NCBI GenBank assembly: GCA_964270895.1
Contig: OZ185439.1
DNA length: 64,000 nt
Strand: one strand, 5' to 3'
Origin: Podarcis filfolensis
Lineage: Eukaryota
A program made the position numbers and the translations under genes. Positions 50,260-61,385 of this stretch are shown here, in pieces. The notes under the pieces were generated by a model that did not search any database, had not been told where the DNA came from, and saw nothing but the letters and a program-made list of their open reading frames with translations. The number at the start of each line of letters is the position of its first letter. Positions within the stretch are counted from its first letter, which is position 1.

Positions 50260-50507
50260 CAGTGGTACCTCGGGTTACATATGCTTCAGGTTACATACGC
50301 TTTGGGTTACAGACTCCACTAACCCAGAAATATTACCTCGGGTTAAGAACTTTGCTTCAGGATGAGAACAGAAATTGTGCAGCAGCGGCGCAGCAGCAGC
50401 GGCAGCGGGAGGCCCCATTAGCTAAAGTGGTGCTTCAGGTTAAGAACAGTTTCAGGTTAAGAACAGACCTCCAGAACAAATTAAGTACTTAACCCAAGGT
50501 ACCACTG
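50260..50507 (+). mobile_element. CAGTGGTACCTC mariner MITE, copy 6
   Basis: TIRs and TA TSD; inserted in a (TA)n run. Confidence 0.92.
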
Positions 50508-50811
50508 TATTGTGAAATCTTGCCACCATCCCTCCAACGTAAGGATGTTGAAACATAGCAGTACCCATGAGGTGGGAGACAGTAAAGTCTTTACTGTGGG
50601 GTCTGGCTGTTGTTTGGAACTGTTCATTGCTCTGGGTGGATTGCACAGGTTCATTTTGTGGCCAGGGACAGAACCAGTGAATTTCACTTGGAGATGGAGG
50701 CATAGTCAAGTGACAGTTGGACTTTGTACATTCAGGAAATGGATGATCATGAGTCTGCTTCCAGTCCCAGCAGACTGGATGTGTCCTGGGGATTGTTGCC
50801 ACCCGGTAGAG

Positions 50812-50947
50812 CAGGCTTCCTCAACCTCAGCCCTCCAGATGTTTTTGGCCTATAACTCCCATGATCCCTAAGTAGCAGGACCAGTGGTCAGGGATGATGG
50901 GAATTGTAGTCTCAAAACATCTGGAGGGCCGAGGTTGAGGAAGCCTG
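50812..50947. mobile_element. 136-bp palindromic hAT MITE
   Basis: Perfect TIRs CAGGCTTCCTCAACCTC / GAGGTTGAGGAAGCCTG; 8-bp TSD CGGTAGAG / TGGTAGAG. Confidence 0.92.
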
Positions 50948-52209
50948 TGGTAGAGGCTAACTGCGTGATATCTTCCACAGGCTAATTCCATTTTGCCTTT
51001 CTCTTCAAGGACCACATATGGCTATGTATGCTCTCACTCTCATCTCCTGTTATGCTTAGCATTAATCCTGATGGAGGATTCTGAAGAACTCAAAAGTTGT
51101 CTCACTGATTTGCAACATCTTGGTTGGTCCTAATAAAGAGATCACCCTACTGGGTGATTCTTCTTGGTAGCTCAAGGAGATCACAGCTCACCTAACACAT
51201 CCTTCACGACTTTCCCTCCCCCTTTTATTTTTGTCAGAGCAATAATTTAAATCCTGCTGTTCTTTACGTGCATGCGCACAAACCCTCACACACAGAGCAC
51301 AAATATTTTGCTTTCCATTAAGGTTTATCTTCCAGCTTGGAAATGTTTGTTATCTCAGAGATGTTCTAGACATTCTGTGCCATCTTGCATGGAATGCAGA
51401 CAACTCAAGCACTAAAACGTCTCCCAGGACATTTCTGCAATGATATTTTGTGTAGAAAAACCATGTGTGAAGCTTTCACAGGGCTGCTGCTTCCATGAAT
51501 CATTCTGATTACTCAAACTAATGGTGAATAACATGCAATTAATTCTAAATGACTGCCTTTTGTGCATATTTTCTTCTCCTTTTTTCTTTCTTTCTTTCTT
51601 TTTTTTTTTTTTTGGTGCTGCCATGCCAGAGTTCCATCAATCCTGACAAAACCTGTCCACTGTTTGGATCAAATGGATGACTAATAAAAATCTAAAATTA
51701 CGAATAAAAATAGCAGGGCTACTGGTAATGCACTGTATTTTTCCCCTCAGGTGGCATTATCATTTAAATAAAGCCATCCAGCCAAGCTGACAAAAACCTG
51801 GACAGAGGTTGAAATAGACTCCTGATATGATATTGGAACAACATGTAAAAGAAATTCCCAGGGAGTAACAGCTGTAGCATTCACATAAATGTTGCCACTG
51901 TGTGATGTTTCATAAATGATAATGGTCCAGTTATGGGCTATGTTCTGGCAATTTTGTTAGGCTTGCTCTCTGCCAAGACATGCCATTGAATAAGAATGCC
52001 TCCTTAGCAGTTCTGGCAAGCAGTAAATCTGTGCCATCATGTTTGGAATAGACACAGTCATAACAAAGGGCTTCAGAATAATTTGTTTCCTAGCATGCTA
52101 TCTCTCTGGGCTTCTCACACATCCTTCCCTACAGGTTTTATTTGGAATAATAGCAACAATGAGGTTCAGCTGCCTGGGGCAAACTATCAACTGAATCACC
52201 TGAAAGTTG

Positions 52210-52214
<5 letters not shown>

Positions 52215-52264
<50 letters not shown>
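52215..52264. repeat. (TAT)n microsatellite
   Basis: About 16 units; explains the poly-Tyr ORF 52083..52265. Confidence 0.95.
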
Positions 52265-52266
<2 letters not shown>

Positions 52267-53237
52267 AAGCAGCTACCAAACTTTCCCTTGTCCCCTCAAA
52301 AGGACTGACCAACTCAGAACAAAGCCATTTGGATACAAAGCAAAAATAATGAAATCAAAATGCAAGGCAGGTATCTCAGCAGGATATTACTAACCATTAA
52401 TCTAGTCCAACTAATTGGCACTTGCAGAGGGCAGGATTTTTCAGCTCCCTACCTTTTGAGTTTAAAAAGAAAAGAAAGCGATGTTTTAACAGCTTGCCAC
52501 TGTGGTCTGGCCACAGTGCAACGTAAAGTGAGTTTGTCATGCTTCCAGCTTTAAAAACAAAAAGGAAAAAGAAAATCTGGGAATGTGAGAGCATATTTCA
52601 TATGAATTGCCTTGTAAAACTTTCCCATGCAAATTGTAATAATGTCACAAATCACAGCAGGGCTTGTTAGCAGCCTTTGGGACTTTTGTCTGAGAATTGG
52701 GTGGTAAAGGGGAAAAAGGCTATATACATATGGGGCTTTAAAGAAATGGGTATATAGAGGTTTATTTAATATGAGTCAGGCATCAGTGTAGGACCCATTT
52801 TCCACGTTGAGGTATATGTATTATTAATAATATGAAGAAAGTACAACTGATTGTGTGCAAAATGCTTTTTTTTTTAAAAAGCTCTCTAACATCAAGTTGC
52901 GGTGCCAGGTCCAAACCCAGAAGTAGCATTTGTAGATATAATAGTTTAGAGATGCTGCCTTCTTTGCCAGGACTTGAATTACCCATGTTACCAGATTTTA
53001 TCCTACCTGCTTGAACACAGAGCAATGAAAAGCCCAGTGAAGAGTTACATTCATGTATATGGGAATAAAATGGTGGCAGAGGTGAGGAAATAAAGGGGAG
53101 TTCTGGGCAAACATCAGTTGAGATATGGTGGGATGCTACAGCTTCACCCCGCCTGAGGAAACTTTGATGCAACAATGTGTCTGAATACAATAAGCTGAAG
53201 AAAGATGGAGGTTATATTTATTTTGTAGTGACTAAAG

Positions 53238-53524
53238 CATGGGTAGGCAATCTAAGGCCCAATGGCCTTCTAAATCTGGCAGCAGCATGTTTTTACATGA
53301 GTAAAATGTGTCCTTTTATTTAAAATGCATCTCTGGGTTATTTGTGGGGCCTGCCTGGTGTTTTTACATGAATAGAATGTGTGCTTTTATTTAAAATGCA
53401 TCTCTGGGTTATTTGTGGGCCATAGGAATTTGTTCATCCCCCCCCAATAAAATATAGTCCGGCCCCCCACAGGGTCTGAGGGACAGTGAACCAACCCCCT
53501 GCTGAAAAAGTTTGCTGACCCCTG
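53238..53524. mobile_element. hAT-type MITE with internal duplication
   Basis: Ends CATGGGTAGGCAA / TTTGCTGACCCCTG. The internal unit TGTTTTTACATGA...TTTTATTTAAAATGCATCTCTGGGTTATTTGTGGG occurs twice. No matching TSD. Confidence 0.65.
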
Positions 53525-53821
53525 CCTTAGAATAAATCTCGTTATCAAGATCCCCTTGCAGGCACTTGGCCTTCAACATACTTGATGAGAGAATGCAAAA
53601 CAAACAAATAAGCTTTTCTGATTATACCTATCCTGAATTAGCAGATAAATTTACTTTCTGCATTATTTTGTACTCTTGCATGTCACCGAGTTACCCATCC
53701 TCCATAATATTGTGGTATCAGAGGCTGGATAAATCCATGAAAGTTAACCACCAAGCCCTGGTTCACACATTAGCTGACTGGTCTGCCTGCTCTCCAGATG
53801 TCTTCCAGTGTAGGTGGCATA
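53523..53821 (+). repeat. Unclassified ~298-bp dispersed repeat, copy 2
   Basis: About 95% identical to 30943-31240. Confidence 0.95.
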
Positions 53822-54644
53822 GGAAGCAGATTCAAGATACCTTGATTTTCCATGATGTCCCCTGCCCCCTTAGAGACCCAAGTGTGTGTTTTATGAAACA
53901 AAAGACTCCTCTTCCATCTCTGCTTCTCAATAAACAAGTGGCCACAGCCCTTTTAAACTGTGGGTGTTTGTCCTGCAAATATTTGTTTGTTAGACAAGAC
54001 TTTAACACATGTTTTTAACTTTCACTCCAGTCTCAGCCTCACCTAGCTGGATGATAAACTAACACAACACTATTTTTGCCATCTTCTCATATACAGTCAG
54101 TTTGGGGGCTGTTACAGTTTAATATCTGCCGAGCCTTTATGCCACAGATGTTTCACAGCAGTAGTAGGAATGATTAAAACAAATCAATAAAAGCACAGGA
54201 AGGAAGCTGGCGAGTAGCACTCCAATTAAATACCACCCAACTGTCAAAGGTCCCATCCCAGCAACAGAGAGTAAACTCATCCATCTGCAAGTGAGTCAAC
54301 TGTTTGCAGCCAACAAAAATGGCTGCTGCTTGTTACTGCATCTGCGGACAGGACTACAAAATGGCAAAAGTCAAAAGCTTGACTATGTTATTCTTGAATT
54401 AAGTTACTCACTTGCAGTTCCTTCCCCCCCCAGAAATCAAGGTCAGCTGCTTTTGTACATCTCCTACGTAGAATGAACAAGAGCGAAGTGCTATAATCAT
54501 GCTTTTTACTCCTGTCTCAGCAGATAAGGCCAATTCTATATTTGCTCTTCCTTTTATTAGCTTGCTGGAGTGACGTAAGATAAAAAGCATGTGGTTTCTA
54601 GATGCCTTATTCTAGTACCCTCAAGATTATCAGTTTTAAAAGAA

Positions 54645-54645
<1 letters not shown>

Positions 54646-54684
<39 letters not shown>
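54646..54684. repeat. (CAAG)n microsatellite
   Basis: About 10 units, read directly. Confidence 0.95.
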
Positions 54685-54890
54685 ACAAACTGGTGAAATT
54701 GCTGGGGGAAATGGTGTGGTTCATACATTTGACTTTGTTTCAGAAAACTAGACATGGTTTTTCAGGGTGTAATGTGGACTCCTATGGTTGTTTTGCTGTG
54801 AAGTCCCCAACATCCAACCAACTCTTGGAAGATACACTTCTTCAGCAAAAACTATAGTCTGAAGCTGGAATATGTCACAGCAAGAAAATA

Positions 54891-55132
54891 CAGTCGTACC
54901 TCAGAAGTAGAATGGAATCCATTCCGGAAGTCCCTTTGACTTCTGAAACATTTGGAAACCAAAGCGTGGCTTTTGATAGACTGCAGGAAGTTCCTGAAGC
55001 CAATTGGAAGCCCCGTCAGACATTCGGCTTCCAAAAGAACGAATGAAAACTGGAACACTCACTTCCAGTTTTTGATTGTTCGGGAGCCAAAACGTTTGAC
55101 TCCCAAGGCGTTGAGGAGCTGAGGTACGACTG
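54891..55132. mobile_element. Tc1/mariner MITE, CAGTCGTACCTC family
   Basis: Perfect 12-bp TIRs CAGTCGTACCTC / GAGGTACGACTG; TA TSD. Confidence 0.9.
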
Positions 55133-56542
55133 TAACAGATTTTGCAACATGTGTATTATACATACAAGGTAGCCATTATTATATATAATAATAGATACTT
55201 TGTAAGGTAAGCAAGTATTATTTATCTCCATCTTAGACTGTGAAACATTGGTTTGCTGTGGCCACCTAGTGAGTTCAGACAGGTCCTTGGGTTGTATGCC
55301 ACTGGGAATTATTTTTTAATGTTTGCTCTTTTCCTATACTCAAATATTAATATTTGCATGGTTTTTTAAAAAAAATAATTGTAATGTTTTATCCTGTAAT
55401 TGTTGCACTTTATGCAGTATGTGTACTTGGTGGACTTTTCAACTTTTGGCTGAAATGTGGTTATAAATCTGCAAACAAATGAATAAAACAATGTTACCCG
55501 AATCTCCCTACCACATTTTGCACTTAACTGTCAGCCTCTAGCATGTGGCTAAATAAACTATGTGCAGCAGACTTTAAATCAAATTTGAACACACCAGTGC
55601 CCAACCGTTCTTCTTTAAGTATTTAATTATAAAAGACATGCTTGTGCTTGGATCGGCTTTACCATTAAACAAGATTTGAGATGTAATCGTTTGATTTGCA
55701 AAGCCTAAAATAAATGACCACTTTTTCTTAATGTGAAAACAGTGTTGCAGTGCAAACAAATGTCAGCAGTAAATTTTGAATGAGTAGGAATTTATGGAGA
55801 TGGTAATAATGATGAATATATAAATATGCACTTAGTTCCAACAGGCTACTAGGTGCTTTATTAGATGTATGACAATCGGGCCCAGAGCCAGCAAGCTAAC
55901 AGTTTCTACACACATTTCATATTGACTCATGTGCATGGAGGCATCTTTATGAAGACAGACCACTACAACCAGTGAACTGTATCAAGCTCCTTATAAGGAG
56001 ATCCCATGGCCCTGCTTCCTTAGGCTAATGTCTGCATGTAACCACAGCTGGTTTGACATCCCTGTCACAGGAGAGATAAGCAGAGTTTCTCTCAGTTCAC
56101 CATTCGCTGTGTACACTAGTCAAAGGCCACGGTGAAAGAGAAAGAACAATGGATTCATAATGAATTAATCAAACCATCAAAAGGGCAATGGTTTTAGTTT
56201 GAAATTATTTATATTTTCATTGTAAAAATATTTTTGCAATATTAAGATTTTATAACGCAACACAGGGCATTTCCCCATAATGTACAGCACTCTACTCACC
56301 TCCAAACAAATGCACACAGAAGTCATCCACAGGCCTTCCCTATATGATATGGGGTGATCAGGGATCCACCAGCGGAAAGATGCACACAAAGATGTCAGGG
56401 CCCATGCCTCTTTGCCCCTGTTCACACCTTGACTGTTTGCATGTTTAGGAAAATGCCTGTGCAAGCTGGTAGCTGCAGTCCTGAAGCAATGAGCTGTAGA
56501 AATGAAATAGAAACAGCCACCTCATAATAACCTTGCTGCCAC

Positions 56543-56890
56543 CATAGAGTTGAAGGCATCTAGTCCATTCCCTTGCTCAGTGCAGGACCTACAGTGTAGG
56601 ATGGGACAATAGCACTGCAGACAGATGGTTGTTCAGCCTTTCCTTAAGTCCTTATAGGAAAGGACTGGCCACCACTATCTCCTGATAAGATCTGTTTAAA
56701 CTATTGTTCAGCTCTAATGGTTAAGAAGCTTCATTCAATATTTAGCCCAAACCTGCTTCTCTGAGATTGCCATCCATTGGTTCTTGTCTTGCCATCCAGG
56801 CCAACACAAAGCTGCTCCATCTTCTGCATGGCAGTCCTTCAGATATCTGGAGTTTGCTATCATGTCACTCCTTAATTTTCTCTTCTCCAG
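56543..56890 (-). mobile_element. CR1 LINE 3' fragment
   Basis: Reverse complement resembles the CR1 at 46.3-46.8 kb (GATAGCAAACTCCAGATATCTGAAGGACTGCCAT...CAACTCTATG). Confidence 0.7.
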
Positions 56891-57028
56891 GCAGGAACTA
56901 AATGTCAGCAGGAACTAAAATGATTTAGAAATGGTTATATGTTGGGGAATCAGCTCTGGGTGTGACCAGCAGGGACAAGAAGCTAAGGAACCTACTAGTT
57001 TCATTTTTGTGCATGGTTTGGTAGCAGG

Positions 57029-57652
57029 CAGTGGTGGAGGAAGCCACATAGAGCCAGTGTAGTATAGTGGTTAAGAGCGGTAATCTAGTGAACCAGGTTC
57101 GTGTCTCCACTCCTCCACATGCAGCTGCTGGGTGACCTTGGGCTAGTCACACTTCTCTGAAGTCTTTCAGCCCCACTCACCTCACAGAGTGTTTGTTGTG
57201 GGGGAGGAAGGGAAAGGAGAATATTAGCCGCTTTGAGACTCCTTCGCATAGTGATAAAGCGGGATATCAAATCCAAACTCCTCCTCTTCTCTTCTCGGGC
57301 ACCTGGGGTGGTGCGCCCAGGGGTGGGGCGAACTGCCCATAGGGGCGAGGCACACGTGCCCTTAGGGAAAGATGCATGGCACCCTTCAAGAAGAACGGGG
57401 TGTGCGGTGCCCGTAGGGGCGGGGCAGGGTGTGTGGCGCCCGTAGGGATGGGACGCGCCACAGTGGCTGGGGCCTCAGCCGCCCTACAGCTGGGGGGAGG
57501 CAGCGGGCAGACATTGTGGAGCCTGCAGGCGCCAAGACGCGTGGCTCGAGCGCACTGCAGGCCCCGCGGTGAGTGCCGTCCGCCATTTTGTCACCCCCTT
57601 CATTGGGGGCACCTGGGGCAGGTCGCACCTACCGCACGGTCCACACCCCCTG
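57029..57652. mobile_element. GC-rich hAT MITE interrupted by a SINE
   Basis: Perfect 8-bp TSD GTAGCAGG (57021-57028, 57653-57660); CAG...CTG ends. Confidence 0.82.
57051..57296 (+). mobile_element. tRNA-derived SINE with CORE/L2-like body and (CT)-rich tail
   Basis: Head GAGCCAGTGTAGTATAGTGGTTAAGAGC, B-box-like GGTTCG, body CCTCACAGAGTGTTTGTTGTGGGG, tail AAACTCCTCCTCTTCTCTTCTC. Confidence 0.85.
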
Positions 57653-60600
57653 GTAGCAGGATTCCTTCTAATTCAGTATCTGTGAATCATTTGTAATCTT
57701 GCAAATACTACAGAACTTGTTTCTCTTTTTTAGCTGTTGCTTGTCAACCCCCACAATTAGCCATGAAAAGACAGCAGAAATGCAGGTCCAATATGCAGGG
57801 CTTTCAGAAAGTTGTAATGTTCTAAATAAAAATGGAATGACAAATAGATCTATCTTCCCACAAGCAAAACATCTAGTAGTAATTATGCACATTTCCTATG
57901 CATCTCCATATGTTGCTGTGTATCTGTGAAGAAAACATTTTTGTAATGAAAATATAAATAATTTCAAACTGAAACGTACTCTTTTTATGGTTTGAGTAAT
58001 GCACTCAGCAAGGAATCAGCTGTTCTTTCCCTTTTCCCATGGCCTTTGACTGGTGTACACAATAAGCCTGTGAAGTACAAGAAGCTCTGCTCACTGCTCC
58101 TGTGTCAGGGAAGTCAAGCCAACTGTTGTGCCCTAAACACACACTTATCTTCTGTTCAACAATGATCTGGAATTTGGAGGACAGAAGAAAATGCATTTCC
58201 TGGGATCCACAAGTATTGTCTGAGCACTGTAGCATCTGGAATAAGTGAATGCTGGAAACTTGAGGCTAAGGATAACTCTAGATTATTTCTATAAAGTTAT
58301 GTCACTTAAATATTCCAGGAGTGACACAGCAATATGATAGTTAGTGAAATCCAATAACTACATTTGAACCCAACATTTTGTTAAATCACAAATGAAATCG
58401 CAATAGTATTTCTGGTGTACCACCACAGCCTGCTCTGTAAAACTGAGACTAAGTTCCATTACTTCCAGAGTGCTTGTTTCCTTTAAAACTGCTAGTACCC
58501 AGAAATACTTAGCAGACCAGTCAATCTCCTAAGAATGGTATTCCAACTCCAATGCTCACTCCTAATTGAGTGATAATGATGGTATGTGTGGGTCATACAC
58601 TTCAGCTTGTTATACTTCTATGTATTAATAAATCAAGGAGGAGATTAGGTGCCATTTTCTTCCATTTTTCTACCTATAAAATGCTATTAGCAAATTACAG
58701 CCTTAGCATATCAATTACCTCTTGACTGTAAAAAGTAGATTTATGGATGACCAGGGACTTTGGCCAATTTCATCATTAGCATATTCAAGATATAGAAAAA
58801 GATTTTGAGAAGTTAGAGCACAGACATTTCAAATCAATCATTGAATGCCAGTGCTTTGAATTTGCTAAAGATGAAAAAGACCAAAGTCATTTCTCAGCCA
58901 TAAATCTGCTTTAAATTATTTATTTATTCTATCCTCTTCTTAAATTTTTGCAACAACTGAGATTATTATTTTTTAAAAAATCAAACGAAGTGGGTTCCCA
59001 GGAAGGGCTGAATCAACTATATGATAGGGCTATAGCCCTTTTCAAGTATTCAGCTGAACATACAAGGGTTAAACCTTTGTAGAATAGAGAGTGGCATGCA
59101 CAAAAGCCCCGCCTCAATAGTCGCACTGGCATGGGCTCTTCTCTGCATTCAGATCTCAAGGGGGCTTCTGAGCATTGTTAAGTATTATTGTTTAATTGTA
59201 CATTGAAATGGAAAATAACTCTATGTGTATTGCTAAAGATTTAACATTGTAAAATTCCATTGAGCTAAACTAAAGCTCTCAGAGAGCCTAACAGTTAAAA
59301 AATAACCAAGAATTGAACTCTGCTGCCTTTTCAGGAGGTATTTAACTTAGATGATATGGGGCATTCCATTGCAGATCTCCATTTTGAATGTGTGAGTTAG
59401 TCTTTGTTTTCAAGCCACCAAAGAGGATGGTATGCTAATGACTCTCTTTCCAGAAGCAAACAGCCTCCAGGGTAATGGAGTCTGTGTGGAGAGAAAGAGC
59501 TTTGTTTTCAGTCCTGGATACAATAATTTCATATGTCTAAGATATTGTACCCATGCTAGGCTCAGCACATTATATTATGCAATTATCTTGATGTAACATT
59601 TTATGTCTGTTTTTGGAACAAGTAAAGATTCTATGCACAGCCTCAAAACTCGCAAATAGAAAAGTATCCATAGAAATGGGACAAGAAGATGGTGAAGGTA
59701 CCTTTAATGGAGCTATGCTCAGTGCAGAGTCATGATCCAAATATATAAGAATTATTTAATCATCAACGTGTCTCATGAACTAATCAGAGAAGCCAGTCAA
59801 GGAATCCTCTACCGCTCTGCAGGATATAGCTGACCATGCACAAATCAACCCTGATGCTGCAGAGGTTGGAGATCACCAAAAGCCTAAACCCTAAGTCCTA
59901 CATCACCATCATTCTGACCAGCAAAACACATCAATCCTGTTTTGGACCTGCCAGGCGAGTGAGGTCAGCTATCTAATGAAGCAGACCCACATAACCTGAA
60001 TTTACATGCAGACTGCCTGGAGCGCTCCAGAGAGACAAGAAAAGCTGTTGAATCAGCATTTAATTCACTGTCCAAGATGTCTGTCAAAGTGGGTTGGAAG
60101 ATGGGCTCAAGCCGCAGCAAAAACAAAAACAAAAACCTGATTTATACAGATGTCTGCATGTAGCCTAATACACCAGTGCTCGCCTAGTTAAGGCTACCTG
60201 TGAAACTTCCTGCAGTCAGAGAATTAGAGAAGTGGAGCAACAGTAAGGAGGGAATTGTGTGGATATTTTTTAAAATGGATGTTTTAACATCCGAAGTGTA
60301 TTTGTCTGAATGTTGTGAATAAGAAAGAAAGATCTGAAAGCTATTTAGATTATAGCCCCCCGCCCCAGCACACACCTTAGATAGTGATATGTGGCATGTA
60401 AACTTCCTTTCAGAAGCCGCATTGCTACCTCACAGTCTTGGAGAGTGATGAGACCAAAAGCAGTAAGAAAGTGGCTCTTTTCGCAGTCGTGTTTCTGTCA
60501 GGCATCTCCAGACTGTCAGTATTTAGCGGGAGAGATTCAGGCACATATTGGGAAATTTAGGTTTATGCAATCAAAGTGGACTAAAGCACTCTTGTCACTC

Positions 60601-61109
60601 TGGCGCCACAAATTCACATTGAGCAGCAGCAACAACAAAACTCCTGACTTTCCGTGGAAAGGAAAGTGATGGTGAAATGGTTTGAAAAGTGTAGAAAGAT
60701 TCACTGGAAGATAAACCCTCTCCAAGCAAGTCAGGATACATTCCGGACAAACGCTCTTTGCTGAATAACCTCCCTACGAACAAATCATAACAACCACCCC
60801 TAGATGAAAAACAGATTCTCTCCCTGCCCCCACCCCCAGTTCATGGACTGAGCCAAAGTGCAGTTACCTATGTGCAGCAGGCAAGGGCAGAAGCATCTTC
60901 CTAGCTCTTATCGTAACACATTGCCTGTTGAGTTAATGAAATTACACAGGCTGCTAATTGTTTGCAGATCCTTGTTCTTAATAAAGAAGTGGTTATTAGT
61001 CTAATAGCTGTTTATGTCCTTGTTCCAGGTTGTATGGGCACACATGGGAAAAGGTAAGGAGGGAGAGGAGGAAAGTACCTTACTTCATCACACAGTGCAT
61101 AGTTAAACT

Positions 61110-61385
61110 ATGGAATCATTGACGGGAGTCAATGATTGCTAGCAATGTGAATGGCTTTAAAGGAGGATTAGATAAATTCATGGGCGCTAAGACTATCAGT
61201 GGTTACTAATCATAATGACTAGGCTCTACTGTTGGAGGCAGCATGCTTCTGACTATCAGTTGCCAGAAACACCAAGAAGAGTAAGCGCTGTTGCTCTTGA
61301 ATCCTGCTTGCGGGTTCCTCCTGGGCATATCGTTGGCCACAGGATGTTGGACTAGATTGACTCTGCTTAGGCAATCTGCATTTCT
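61110..61385 (+). mobile_element. CR1-type LINE 3' end
   Basis: GATGGCTTTAAAGGAGGATTAGATAAATTCATGG-like segment followed by GTTGGCCACAGGATGTTGGACTAGAT; boundaries approximate. Confidence 0.7.

Noticed and set aside
53566-54018. 150-aa ORF as a paralogous gene pair with 31012..31260
   Set aside because: Mostly non-synonymous differences, unrelated C-termini and no recognisable domain. Kept only as a DNA-level duplication.
54561-54574. Microexon-like configurations of 14 nt here, 5 nt at 13722-13726 and 14 nt at 11041-11054 (-)
   Set aside because: Not multiples of 3 and unsupported; they show the chance rate of such splice-site pairs.
57233-57696. Cluster of overlapping GC-rich ORFs
   Set aside because: Same artefact, within the hAT MITE/SINE composite.
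58780-58914. Protein-like open frame HIQDIEKDFEKLEHRHFKSIIECQCFEF...
   Set aside because: Only 44 codons, weak splice sites and no recognised homology; expected by chance.
59880-60130. Possible degraded RTE reverse-transcriptase remnant
   Set aside because: Similarity too faint to call without an HMM search.
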